Notes under the pieces: generated by a model | The model's database searches: none | Seen by the model: only the letters and a program-made list of their open reading frames with translations | Told to the model about the DNA's origin: nothing | Assembly (NCBI GenBank): GCA_015680685.1 | Contig: MNCI01002869.1 | Coordinates: 248,697 to 312,696 of the forward strand | Source: Gnetum montanum | Lineage: Eukaryota; Plantae; Gnetophyta | Reading direction: 5' to 3' | Length of the DNA stretch: 64,000 nt | Part shown: positions 26,451-39,879 of the stretch, piece by piece | How positions within the stretch are numbered: position 1 is the first letter of the stretch | How the letters are laid out: each line of letters starts with the position of its first letter | Position numbers and translations under genes: made by a program

Positions 26451-27570
26451 GCCAATATTTTTGCACAAATGAAGTTATAATGATCTTCATTTAATGTTGC
26501 AAAATTAAGACTCTCTCCTCTAACTCTCAAACATCACCTACACTCAATGATGGTAGGTTCTTCAGGATCATACATCCTTTTGACTAGTTGGTTATGGCCT
26601 TTGCCAATGAAGGTGAAGGGTAATTTGGTGGATTTTTTGAAAGACATAGCTATAGTGCCGAGGATTTCTTAAAAATAGGCTATAAATGGTAAAATAGGAG
26701 TAAATTGTAGTGAATGTAATTCAAAAATTCTTAAATGAAATCAAAATGGCAAAAAATGATGTACTTACTATAATTAGTAATTGGGGGATGAGGGGGGTTT
26801 ACCCCTTTACCAAAAATGGAATATTAGAAAGATTGGTTTCAAACCTCATCCAAGTTGGTCTTCCAACTACCTCTACGCTAGGTATGGTAGGGGGGGGGAA
26901 GAAGTGGGGGTGAGATAGTGGAAATATCACATCTTATTTCAACATTGGAGAGAGGAGGGGAAGTTTGAAGACCAAAATAGAAACTTGGCAGTGTCCAAAG
27001 AGGGTTTTGGCAGGCTACCAACTTGGTAGTGTCCAAAGAGGCTTGGTTGGTATGAAAACCAATGTTAGTTTAGTGGCAAAAAATATGGCAATAAAAATTA
27101 AATGGTTATTAAGATGTCCATGCTAGCTTTTCTCTAGAAATTCACAATAGATGTTGTGAAATTTCAGCACCCAAACCACTTGCAGCTTCTACATTGAGGT
27201 TTCTACTAAAGGGAAGGGAGTAAAGATAGCATTAGATTCCTTGGAATTTTTGGCTTCAAAAAACTAGAAAATGGATTTCTACTTGTAATAAAAGTAGATC
27301 TGGTCATTAAATTGGTTTCAAATCTCACCAATTTTGGCCTCCCAATTGCTTCCACACTAGGTATGGCAAAAGTGGGGAAAAGAAGGGGGGTTAGATGATG
27401 GAAATCTTTCACCACCTACCTCAACATGGATGAGGGAAAGGCTGAAAACCAAAGTGGAAAGTTGGTGTTTCTCTACTAAAATTGGTTTTAACTAGTTGCC
27501 AGTTCTCTCAGTTTGGAAAAGTGGAGGGAAAGTCTACTCATGGAAAAGTTAAACTATCCACTTTTAAAAG

Positions 27571-28547
27571 TGATGAGACACGATATCGCATGGGCTGCGA
27601 TATCGCAGTCCACTACCAAATCTATAAATAAGAGGCGACACTCCCCTCATTTCCAATCCTAGTCTAGAAGTAGGAAAACTTTGGCAGTTTGATCACTTCA
27701 AAGATAGAATATTTTCCATGTTCCCGCAGTAGGAGTCCTAGAGTGAAAAAATCTTTATTCGAGCAACTTTGTACCTGAACGCAAGTTGTGTACGGCAATA
27801 AAGATGAACTTGATTGGATAAATCTTACACTGCATGGAATAGGATTTTACTTATTGTTATTTATTTCTTTCCTAGAATGTGGTACGAATACAACTTGATT
27901 ACAAGCATCTAAGGATGTGTACGGCTAGTCAAGGAATTGGTTGCTCGTCGCATGTGGTATGAGTACGACTTGATTACGAGCATCTCATGTGACTACTTGG
28001 TAACCCAATGGCGTATCCAGGATCTATGCTTGGTAATCCCAAGGGTAGTCATGCACAGAAAATATGTACAGTTAGTCAAGGAATCGGCTGCTCATCGCAC
28101 TTAGGCTAGTTAGGCTCTCTCAACCCTTTCCTCCTAGTTAGGTACCTCAGTACGACCACTTCGAGCACGTGCATTACGTGTGGTGATCCTAGTAACGATT
28201 AGCATTTCGTAGCCACAGTTGCATAGTTTAGGGTGTGTATGGTAAGTGGGAATGGATGCTGACGCTAGTTAATCTAGACTTAGGACATTAGTTAGAGTTA
28301 GTTAGTTTCTCAACCCTTTGCTCTTGGCATAGAATACATAAAATCATAAAAGACCAAAAAAATCATATACCTCAGACTTACTTAACCATACACCGTGACA
28401 ACAACAAGTAAGTTTGGGAATACAACGAATGATTAACCCCAAGTGTTCCATGTGGTGTTTAGGCATTTAGTCTACGGAGTTCGACCGGATCACGCGTGCT
28501 ATGCTTGTTTCGTATGGTTGAGTGTAGGGGTACCTCGCCACTCATCA
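27571..28547 (+). repeat. 5' LTR of the Athila-type element
   Basis: TGATGAG...CTCATCA inverted termini; TATAAATA near 27624; matches 33619-34416, mostly differing by transitions. Confidence 0.93.
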
Positions 28548-28548
28548 T

Positions 28549-28566
28549 TGGCACTATTGCTAGGGA
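28549..28566 (+). other. Primer-binding site, tRNA-Asp type (Athila hallmark)
   Basis: TGGCACTATTGCTAGGGA is the deaminated form of TGGCGCCGTTGCCGGGGA. Confidence 0.85.
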
Positions 28567-28691
28567 CTAAGTGTCTATGTGCTAAATAGAACATAAGGGA
28601 TATCACTCACATCATTTTGAGCCTTAACGAACCTTCGGGTTAATCAAAAGATAAAAAATTATATAACGGTAAAATTAGCACATCAATAAAA

Positions 28692-31600
28692 ATGCCTTCT
28701 TCTCATAAGAGCAACTCACCACCTAAGGATCATACACGAGATAGTCAGCAACATAAAAAACATAACCAAAATCAGCCAATGCCTCAACAATATAAGATGA
28801 CATATACTCACCCCGATGAGTATATTCCTAACTTTACTTTTATTCTCCATCAAGACAAACAACTGTGGTGGAGATATTTGCAAGGTAACATTGTGTTACC
28901 CCTAGACTGATCAGTCCCTAACATGCTCTTTTGTGCCTTGGCATAGATTGGCATGCAAGATCTATTTGCAGAATATGTTATCGATGACTTTGACAAAAAG
29001 GATTATCATCCCACAGATGCCCAACGTATTCAGGACTTAAGGCATGAAAGTCAACATACTTTTCTGAAGGGCAAAGCCCTGCATGTTCTTAGCAAAATAG
29101 GAGATGAGGAACCCCTTATCATGGGTTCTTTAGCAAATGATGTTCCCCCTCCTAATGATCATGAGGAGGAAGGGTATCAAAACCTATGATCAACGATACA
29201 TGTCCCTGGTTCTAATGCTCGTGAACACTAGCTGTTCACAGAAGGAACAACCACTCATGCTAAGAATGGGCACTTTGATCATCACCACAATCAGGGCTGT
29301 AGCAACCGAAGAGAAGGCAAGAAACATCACCACGATGATGGTTCCCCTTCTTCTTCCCCTTCTTCACATCACTCACCCTCTCCTTCCACATCTGGGTGCA
29401 GCCACCATGAACACAAAGGTGAGGATAAAAGTAAAAAGGACGAAAGACCTCGATAGGAAAGTCAAGAGAGAGGACAAGGATAAGGATGTAGGGAGAGTAG
29501 GGAACAATGCAGAAATCATAGGCATCATGAAAGAGATGATCATGATGAGCCCCTACTTACAACCTGAAGTATGCTTAACATAATGGAGGCAGTTAGGATT
29601 CCAACAAGGCATTTAAAGGATAGTCGGATCAAACGATTAGATATGAATAATATCCCACAGTTTCAAGGGGGATACAATGCTGATCTGTAAAATCATTTAT
29701 AGGCATTCCATGATGCTTGTGCCTTGTAGAATATAGATAGTGAGTGGTAGAAACTTAAGTTGTTCCCAAGGACACTCACTAAGGAAGCAGAGAGCTGGTA
29801 TCAATCCTTAGAACTGGAGACCATTAGGATGTGGAGTACGATGCTAGAACTATTCAACAAAAAATATCAGATGTACTCCAAAGTGTCCAATTTTCCTAAG
29901 CAGATCCAAGGCTAGAAGTAAGGTCATCACGAATCCTTGGATGCTACCATGGCCCGCTACTACACATTGTTACATCGTTTCCCGGGCCATGGGTACACTC
30001 AACGGGATCAACTTCGCCACATCGTGGATGGGCTAAGGAATGAAACTAGAAGAACCCTTGGGACTTATGCCCAAGGGAGACTCTCACAACTTAGAGCCCA
30101 TGAAGTACGTAGCTTGTTGGAGCAAGTAGCAAATGAAGAAGGTGAGCTATGAAAAATGGAAAGTGTGGAAGAGTATAACGGTGATCCCTCCCTTCGAAAG
30201 AAGAGAGTGAAATTCTATGATGAAGAGGATGAGTTACCAATCAAAGAGTTGGTGAATCGGAAAAATTTGCTGATCCAAAAATTAACAACTAAGGTATTGG
30301 CTAAAGTAGACCAAATGTGGGATTCCTTAGACTCAAGAATTGAAGCAGTCTTAAAAATTGTGGAAGAGTCTAAGGTAGAACAAAGTAGTGACAAAGGTAA
30401 GAAAAAGTGGAGAGATTTAGGCCCTACACATAACAAGGGTAAGGGAAAAATCACTAACTCTGATGTGGNCCAAGTGAAACTCCACCACAGCCCATCGGAT
30501 AGCATCAACAGTGGCAATACCCACAGTCATGGGGGATGCCACTACCAACATAATAGTAGCCTTACCGACAGCCCGATTCTTATGGTTATTATGTGCAGTA
30601 GCTAATTACTCCAAGTGACTCTATGGGTCATGCAACTCCCAACCATCACTACCAAGTTCGGGAGTACTTTAGAAGGACTCCTTCTCCTCCGGGAGACATC
30701 TCACACTCGTTCCATCCTCCTAATCCATCCGCACCTCTTCCACCACAAGTAGTTCCCATAACACCTCCTGCTCCAACAATGCAAGAGGAACTTCCTCCTC
30801 AACCATAGCAACGTCACACTGCGAGAGCTGTAAATATCCAACCTGCTGCTAGTTTTGAAAACTGTAAAAAGAGAAGACCTTACTTCAGAACCAAAATCCC
30901 AGAAAAACTCTTGCAACAACAAACAGTTGAGGCCATGTACACTCCTCCACCATCTAACACTTCGGAGCACCCTTCAGTCCAAAAATAGAGTGTAACGCAT
31001 ACGGTTATGTTAACGCATATTGTAACCGACTGGATCAAGGTAGGCCACCTTCCTAGGAAACTAATTGACCTTGGAAGCCCCTTAATCTATTTTCAGATCA
31101 CCGGAAATAAACCACATAGGGCTCTTCTTGAATCAGGTTCCAGAGTCAACTTAATTTCATGAAAGATGTATCACACTTGGAACCTGCCCCAACTCAAGAA
31201 GAGCAACATTCTACCAGAGCTGGCAGACCAGTCCATCACCATTCCCTTGGGATTGGTGAAGGACATTATTTCCACTGTGTGTGGTTGGTCTTACCCAGCT
31301 GATTTTTTGATGATCGATGTGAACAAAAATGAAGGGGACTTCCCGATTATAATGGGAAGGGCATGGCTTAGTATAGTAGATGCATGCCTTAGGATCCACG
31401 ATCTTTCCTTTGAAATCTCTAAGATAAACATATGTGGAAAGATCAAGAAGAGGAAAGTTCCATGCATCAGATACAGTGATTCATCGGGTGATGACATGGA
31501 GGAAATGCCTCAATGTAATAGGTGTGCCCAAGAAACTTTGAACCAAAGATGCATGTATGTAGCAACCACACAAGAAGTAGTAGACACCCCATGGTTGATA

Positions 31601-31700
31601 GCTACTAGAAGGAGAAACCAAATACGCATGGAACAAACTGAGGAAAATCATGCCAATAACGAAGGCATAGACACATTGAAATATGAGCATCGCCAACTTT
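28692..31700 (+). pseudogene. Athila-type gag-protease remnant
   Basis: ORF pieces at 28692, 28953, 29937 and 30156 share one frame. Gag core KLKLFPRTLTKEAESWYQSL; protease RALLESGSRVNLI..LADQS..PLG..YPADF..PIIMGRAWL. Confidence 0.88.
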
Positions 31701-33618
31701 CACCCCTTAATTTAAGATCATCAATTGGGAGAAGTTGGGCACTTCTTAGAAATTCAAACAGACGCTCATTATTTCGGATCTCTCCCTTACAACTCAGTCA
31801 TGGGGGAGATGGCCACCTATGCTAATCATATGGGGCCCTCANNNNNNNNNNNNNNNNNNNNNNNNNNNNNNNNNNNNNNNNNNNNNNNNNNNNNNNNNNN
31901 NNNNNNNNNNNNNNNNNNNNNNNNNNNNNNNNNNNNNNNNNNNNNNNNNNNNNNNNNNNNNNNNNNNNNNNNNNNNNNNNNNNNNNNNNNNNNNNNNNNN
32001 NNNNNNNNNNNNNNNNNNNNNNNNNNNNNNNNNNNNNNNNNNNNNNNNNNNNNNNNNNNNNNNNNNNNNNNNNNNNNNNNNNNNNNNNNNNNNNNNNNNN
32101 NNNNNNNNNNNNTCATGGATTGAAAAGGGTGTGACTTCAAATGAACTTGATGCTTTTGTGTTGGTCATTCTTTTGGGTGCTTGAATGTTTCTTCTTGAGT
32201 TTTCTTGCCATTCTGATGTTACCCAATTATCGGAAGCTGAGGCAATAAAAATAAGAAAGTCTTTGCATGGTGTGGTTCTCATGCATAAAAACACAAAACA
32301 CAAAAAAAAGAAAAAAAAAACCAAGTGAGAATTCAAAGCACATCCCTTAGACGAAATAAAATTTGGGCTACAAGAAATGGTTATGGAACCAAAAGTGTTC
32401 CCTCTAACTAAGGCCCTTCTCACTTTCCATTCTCTCCTTTGTTTCGTCGGAATAGTGGTGGCTCTTAGGAGATGCATTCTTGTTATCCAACTAGATGGTT
32501 TAACTGAATGCATTGATGTGAAGTCACTGGATGTGGTTGGTTTGAGGCAGGAGTTGGAATGAGACTTGCCAAGTCACATTAATCATAAAGCACACAAGGG
32601 GCTGTACACCACCTTGTCCTTGGGATTCCATTCCATTCTATTCTCTCCATCCTTCTCTCCATGGTTCACACCATTGCCAGTTGTATCATTAGTGTATATA
32701 TTTTGGCTGATGCATTGTTTTCTTTTTGGTAAATTCTCATGGTTAAGACTTTAACTCTTGTTCCAAATGACATTCCCGGAGCTTACGGACTCTTTGAATG
32801 TGGGTTTGTCAGGGCATTAAGGGCATGAGCCTGCTTTGGGGAGGACCCACTAACATTTCTATTTGGAGCATTAGTTAAATTATTTCCCTTAATATTCTGC
32901 AATTAATTTTATTTTTGTTCATTACCATCTTGACATCAATTTCATCGATGCCATAGTTGTCCCTTTTTATCTATCTTTCTTGCTCCTTTTCTTTCTCCAT
33001 TCTAACGCTACCAGAGGTTCGCGATTAGTCATGGGGGTACGGGGCCTAATTTTTTCGATTGTCTCCTAGCCCCGAAATTTCTGATTTTCTTCCTAACCCC
33101 TACACCTTTGGTAGTCATCAGTCACATATTCCCAGATCCATATCAGCCATACCACAACCTAGCCAATGAGTTTACACTGAAGCAAGGTATCAATTACATG
33201 ATGATTCAATTACCCTTGCTAATATAAGACTGTGTTGTGCGTGCAGATGGTGATCATACAAACAATGGATTGGATCTGGAGCTAGAACAAACACTTGGAG
33301 TGGAGCCATGCTAGAAACAGCGATGCAAGGAGCAAGATTGATGATGCACTTATGGATGGACAACGAAGGCGCAATCTTGGCATTGGCAGCAACAACACTT
33401 CTTTCTATCTCTCTCTTTCTCTCAGTTCCCAAAAAAGGCCTGATGTCATTGTAATAAGGTGTTCACCCTTGTTGTCATGAACACCAGTTTTTTCAAGTCT
33501 TGTAATAATGATCTGTTCACATGTCATCCCATTAGTTCCATCTTCCTCAATAATTCCATACCTACCTGATATTATTGTAAGGAACTCGAGGACGAGTTTT
33601 CATTCAGTCATGTGGGTA

Positions 33619-34416
33619 TGATGAGATGTGATATTGCATGGGTCATGATATCGCAGTCCGCTGCCAAATTTATAAATAAGAGGCAACAGTCCCCTCATTT
33701 CCAATCCTGGTCTAGAAGTAGGGAAACTCTGGTAGTTTGATCACTCCAGAGATAGAATATTTTCCATGTGCCCACAGTAGGAGTCCTAGAGTGAACAGAT
33801 CTTTATTCGAGCAACTTTGTACCTAAACACAAGTTGTGTATGGAAATAAAGACGAACTTGATTGGATAAAAATTGTAGTGCATGGAATAGGATTTTACTT
33901 ATTGTTATTTATTCCTTTTCTAGAATGTGGTACGAGTATGACTTGATTATGAGCATCTAAGGATGTGTACGGCTAGTCAAGGAATCGGCTGCTCGTCGCA
34001 TGCGGTATGAGTACGACTTGATTACGAGCATCTCGTGTGACTACTTGGTAACCCAGTGGCGTATCCAGGATCTACGCTTGGTAATCCCAGTGGTAGTCGT
34101 GCACGGCAGATGTGTACGGTTAGTCAAGGAATTGGCTGCTCATTGCACTTAGTCTAGTTAGGCTCTCTCAACCCTTTCCTCCTAGTTAGGTGCCTCAGTA
34201 TGACCACTTCGAGCATGTGCATTACGTGTGGTGATCCCAGTAATGCGTTTGGTAGCCACAGTTGCATAGTTCAGGGTGTGTACGGTAAGTGGGAATGGAT
34301 ACTGATGCTAGTTAATTTAAAATTAGGACATTAGTTAGAGTTAGTTAGTTTCTCAACCCTTTGCTCTTAGCGTAGAAGACATAAAACTATAAAAGACCAA
34401 AAAAATCATATACCTC
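33619..34416 (+). repeat. 3' LTR of the Athila-type element, truncated by an assembly gap
   Basis: Direct repeat of ~27571-28375; preceded by PPT AGTCATGTGGGTA. Confidence 0.93.
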
Positions 34417-34593
34417 NNNNNNNNNNNNNNNNNNNNNNNNNNNNNNNNNNNNNNNNNNNNNNNNNNNGGTGGGTGGGAGGATTATATCAATGTTGGGTCT
34501 GGGCTATAAAATTCATCGCAAATGCTATGAAAATTCAAATCCCAACTACCTACAACTTTAGGCGAAGGCCCTCTTTCTAGCACTAAGAAAAGC

Positions 34594-36170
34594 TGTTGTA
34601 ATCAAAAACCTCGATTGTTGAATGAAATGAAAGATCCTTGGTGCAGTAGTTCCCCAACCTCAAATCCCAAGGACCTTCAAGATAAAAATGGGATTTAAGA
34701 TGTCGTAGCTAGTTTGGCAGATCAACCAGGGACATACAAGATGTGAAATGTGGGAATATAAATAGATCCAAATTATGCATAGAAAATAAAATTTATTTTT
34801 GAACACAAACTTAAAACTTAAAATGTTATTAAGAAAGAATAAAGAATAAGTTAGAGAAATGTGTACAAATAATGCTTGGATGCCTAGATGAGAAAAAAAA
34901 GAAGGTTTTCTTGTGCAAGAGCTCAAAGCTCGTTGAAGCTAATGTGATCTACTTCACGATTTGGAGTGCTAAGCCACTCTTGATGTTATTGAACCTTCCT
35001 TCACTATTGCAACCTTAGATTTGCAAGTTGGGTCACTTAAGGCTACATGCTTTCATGCTGGGGTTCAAGAGGATGTAAGTATGAAAACTTACAAGAGCTC
35101 TTAAGTGCTTGAAAATGCCCAAAGTGAGGAATTGTGAATAAAATTGTGTGTATGCAAATTTCTTGATAATTTTTCCCTTGCTCAAAATTTTAGAATCGAC
35201 AAAGTGCTTGTATGCCAAAAGTTGCTCAACATTTTGGAACCTCTAAATGATGTTTGAGGTTAGCTTTTATAGGATCTTTGGGTCATGAATGGGACTACAA
35301 ATTGGCTATGTTTTGGCTACAAAAATGGTTGTAAATTGGTTGTAAAACAACTATAAATTTGCTACAATTTTAGGTGAAATGGATGTCCAAATTTGAGGGG
35401 TTACTATACATAGTAGGTGCTTCCCCCATGGCCATTCCATTTACTATAAATAGTAATTGGGGCACACCTTCCATGCTGGAGATGAATTTTTTATGCTAAG
35501 CCCTTCACCATGCTTGTTAGAGTGGTTGGTCAATGTTCAAGTGCATGAATTGATGAATTTTTTCTTTTTGTGGCTTCTACGCTAGGGGATTGAATTTTGC
35601 ACATTTGTGGGGCGGGGATGGTGGAACTTCCATGCTAGGGTAAAACTTCTAGGCTACATGGAAAGTTTTCAACCTGGGGGGGAAACTTTCATAGTGAGGG
35701 GAAACTTTTAATTTTGAGAGGGGAAAGTTTCTAGGCTAGGGGAAATGTTTCCAAGCTATGCATGTGGTCTCTACATTAAAGGGTGGGNNNNNNNNNNNNN
35801 NNNNNNNNNNNNNNNNNNNNNNNNNNNNNCCTTCCATGCTAGGGGTAGGTGAGATCTACTCCCTTGCATGTGTTTCCAATGTAGAGAAATGTATAGCCCC
35901 TATAAAACCCATCAAATTACCTTTTTTGGCATTCCAAAATGCCTCTTTGACACCCCCCAGCCCAAATATAGATAGTAGGTGAAATTTTTCACTTGGAGAA
36001 TGAGGCTTTGACCACTTATGAGGCATTTTCAGCCCCAAAAGTATAAAGCATGTGAAATTGCACATTGTGGATTACAATTTTCAGATTTACAATGAAGTTT
36101 TGTCTCTAGTTCCACAGGGCGAAAGCTACATGATGAAGATTGGTTATAATGTGCAAATTTTTTTGTTTCA
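34594..36170 (-). repeat. 5' LTR of the minus-strand Tat-type element, inserted into the RT of a gypsy pol
   Basis: Reverse-colinear with 8794-10215; PBS at 34568-34585; RT motif RLCMDFRNLN begins immediately after 36170. Confidence 0.82.
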
Positions 36171-38530
36171 TAGGCTTTGTATGGATTTTAGAAATTTGAA
36201 TGAAGCCTCTTAAAAGGATAAATATCCACTTCTTAGAATTGATAAAATTTTGATTAAAGTATCATGATGGTATACTCTTTCCTAGATTGGTTTTCAAGCT
36301 ATAATCAAATTATGGTGAATAAGGATGATAGACATAAAAAAACATTTTTGGCCAAATGGGGGACATTTGCTTACAAAAGAATGCGATTTAGATTATCAAA
36401 TGCTGAAGCTACCTTTCAAAGTGTCATGGACTTAGCTTTTCAAGATTTGATAGGAAAGTTCATTGTGGTTTACTTAGATAATATTACTATCTATTTGAAA
36501 GGAAGGAAGATCATATCAGTCATCTTCAACAAGTTTTTGATAATTGTCATGAGTATAGTATTTTATTAAATCCTAATAAATGTATGTTCAAGGTTAAATT
36601 TGGAAGTTTGCTAGGTCATGTAATCTATCAAGAAGGAATTGCTATAGATGATACATGAATTCAAGTAGTACAAAATTTTGAGCATCTGACAAACAAAATC
36701 CTCTTAGATCTTTCTTTGGAAAAATAAATTTTGTTAAGAAGTTTATCCAAAGATTCACTGATTTTACTAAACCTTTGATGCATATGCTCAAGAAAGATAT
36801 CCTAGTAAGAAAAACACCAAAATCAAAGAAATCTTTAGTAGAGATTAAAAGGGCTATTCAAGAACCTCCATACTTGGTAAAACCAAGACTGAAGGAAGGT
36901 TTCTTGTTATATGCTTTTGCCTCAAATGATTCAATTGCTATTGTTTTGACTCAAAGAGATGAAGGTCATGATGAACCAACTAGATTTTTTGGGTATCAAT
37001 TGAAAGGTTCAGAATTAAATTATTCAGATTTAGAGAAACAAGAATTTGCAATCATTAAAGCACTTTAGCATTTCAAGTATCACTTGGAAAGCTCATTGGT
37101 TCATATTATGCTAATGGAGCCTATGGTCAAACAATTCTTATCTCAAAATGAAATTGGATTGAAAAGAGGGAAGTGGCTTATAAAGCTTCAAGGTTTCAAA
37201 TTTTCATTGAAAATCTAAAAAATTATTAAATGAATGTGATTAGACAAATTAATGACTAGAGAAAACAAGATATGTATACTAAGAACTCATGAAATAATTT
37301 GGTCTAATGAAATTCTAAAATTTCTAAATACAAGAAATGTTTTGAATAATTTAACTATAAATAAGAGAAGAAATTTTTTCAAGAAGGCAAATAAATTTGT
37401 GATTAAAGATGGAATTTTATATAGGAAGGACTTTATAGGGGTTTTATTGGAATGTGTTCACAATGATTAAGCCAATCCTATTTTAGAACAATTCCATGAA
37501 CATGCTAATTTATTTTATGAGTCTCCTAAGTCTACTATGTAACATATACTTTGTTATGGTTTTTATTGGCTAAGCATGTACCAAGATATTAGTTTGAAAA
37601 TTCAAAAATGTTATAGGTGTCAAATTCATGAACTAAAAGTTAAAAAGGCTAGAGCTTCCTTGAAACTGGTAATTGTGGTTAGACCATTTCAACAATGGGA
37701 CTTAGATTTTATTGGCGCAATTAATCCTTTAAGAGTAGGGCATACGTTTATTCTCATGGCCACTAATTATTTTACTAAATGGTCTGAAGCAAAAGCTCTA
37801 AGAAAACTATTTAGAAGGGTATATGATTAGGTTCTTGGAAGATCAAATAAAAATTGCTTTGAGATGCCTAAAGTATTAGTATTCAATAATGGACCTACTT
37901 TTCAATCTAAGGAATTTATAACACGGGCATTGGAGAAATCCATTTTTCTATTTTCTTCTTGTAATATTATCCTCAAGGGAATGGCTTAGCTAAATCTACA
38001 AATAAAAAGCTTCTTTCCTACATCAAAAAATTGATGGAGGAGAATCTAGGGAATTGGATCAATTATTTACAATCTGCATTATGAAAAAACCATATTAGGT
38101 TTTAAAATGTTGTTGGGACATCAACTTATAATTTGGTTTATGATTTGCCTGCAACAATTACGAATAAAATTTTATGTTCAACCTCTGATTTTGTACAAAT
38201 GTATACTGAAAAAATAAATAAAGATAGAAATTTCATGATCTTGATTATTAGAAGAGAAGCAAACATGGATAGAGCCAAGGATAATCTATTAGAAACTGCT
38301 TCTTTAGTTAAAATATGGCTCAATAGAAAGGCCATTAAAAGAACTTTTAAAGCTTGTGATCTAGTGTTATTCTGGAAAATGAAGAAACTTAATAAATTTT
38401 CAGCAAGATGGTTGGGTCCATTTTAGATCAAGAGACAATTATCAGAAAACACATACAAGTTATCCACATTGAGTGGATTAGAATTTCAGCTTCTGCATAA
38501 TGTTTTACATATAAAATATTACTTTGGGCA
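36171..38530 (+). pseudogene. Ty3/gypsy non-chromovirus pol remnant (RT-RH-INT, no aRH)
   Basis: SFLDWFSSYNQI, WGTFAYKRM, VVYLDNI, LYAFASN, LNYSDLEKQ, KCYRCQ, FQQWDLDFIG, KFSARWLGPF. A PPT-like AAGGAGGGG and a probable LTR start (TGTTG, 39514) lie downstream. Confidence 0.92.
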
Positions 38531-39879
38531 ACTACCCACAACTTAGAATATATANGGTGGTTTAGATAACCACATAATGGAAAATAAATTTAAAACAAAC
38601 ATATAGTGGAATTTGAATTAGCCAACTTTATGATAATGGAAATTAAGTTTTGGTTGAGTGGGAAAGTTGGTTATTGAAATGAGTAGGAATTTTAAACTTA
38701 GCTTTCACTATATAAAGGATTGTGGTTTACTTGAAAACACAACATCTTCCAATTCAATACTTGAGCAAGATAAAGGCAAGTGAAGTATTTGAGTTTGAGG
38801 GAGAAACTAAGCTTTAGAGAGATGGTAGCAAGAAGACCTTTTATTCCATATGTAACTAGATGTTGCCCATAGCATGTCATGCAAGCCTTTTGCAAGGCAA
38901 CCACTCATGGCACATCATTCGAAAGTCTATTCATACTTTGGCTTTCGGATAAATTTAACTTTCTCACTGGTGGATGCTCTATCCATTCAAATGTTTGAGG
39001 CAGTTTTCACCATTTCATCACTAAAGCTAAACACAAAGGAGAGTCCAATCAAGATGATTCTTGGGGAGAGGCTTGCATATCTCAAGATACAGAAGCAATT
39101 GGATATAAAGAACCTCACACATCACTAGCTAAAGAATTAGATGAAAATGAGATGAAATGGTTGCTGGAAACAATGTTGAAATAGAAGAAGTTAAAGCTCC
39201 AATAATGTAGGGAGAAGAAAGAAGAGCATTAATCACCACCAAAATTGAATATGAGAGAATTCACAACATGAGGATCTTGAAAAGGGTTACCTTGACTATT
39301 CTGTTCCCTCTTGTAGAATAGTTGTTAAAACTCTGATTGTTTAGTTTGTTTCTTGTTTTATAGAAATGAGATTTTTATACCATCAAACCTTAAGTTTGGT
39401 GGAGATTTTTCTCAAACTTTTTCATGTAAAATGAAGTTGTCCAATAAAATTTATGTTTCTTAGCTAATGTGCATTAGCAAATATTTTTAAGAAATTTAAG
39501 GAGGGGCAAGAAATGTTGTCACATTTATACCATTTGATGGAGCACACTTTATGAAATAATGCTGAAAGTTAAATTGTCCAATTTAACTCTTCATTGGTGA
39601 TTGGGATGTAATACACTAGTAGACAAGGAATTAAATTATTTACCTCAAAGGGCAATGGTAGGAAGCAGTAAAATATTAAGGTTGTTGAAGGAAAGTTTAT
39701 GGGAAAGTACTATTCATATATCCAAAGTGTACACATTTCAGGTATGGTTTAAAGTATGCATTGTTTAGAGCAGGATAGTGCACAAAGTGTTCATAGATTC
39801 AGGGCAAAAAACCAAAGATATGTTAGAGAAAATGGAATTAATGAAATCTCAGTTTCAGCTACATAAAAAGAAGAAGAAT

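Larger units (their letters stand above)
27571..34416 (+). mobile_element. Non-autonomous Athila-type element (LTR-PBS-gag-PR-3'UTR-PPT-LTR; RT/RH/INT deleted)
   Basis: Two colinear LTRs (27571-28547 and 33619 to the gap at 34417), tRNA-Asp PBS, gag and protease, PPT 33606-33618. Confidence 0.92.
24320..36170 (-). mobile_element. Tat-type element (5' LTR 34594-36170, PBS, 5' UTR, gag), split by an Athila insertion and cut by the element at 24316
   Basis: Same LTR family as 8794-10215; tRNA-Asn-type PBS 34568-34585; related 5' UTR motifs on both sides of the Athila insert; gag ~24340-26450. Confidence 0.75.

Noticed and set aside
31725-32513. Long ORFs spanning N runs (also 9031-9320 and 35758-35982)
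   Set aside because: Artefacts of assembly gaps.
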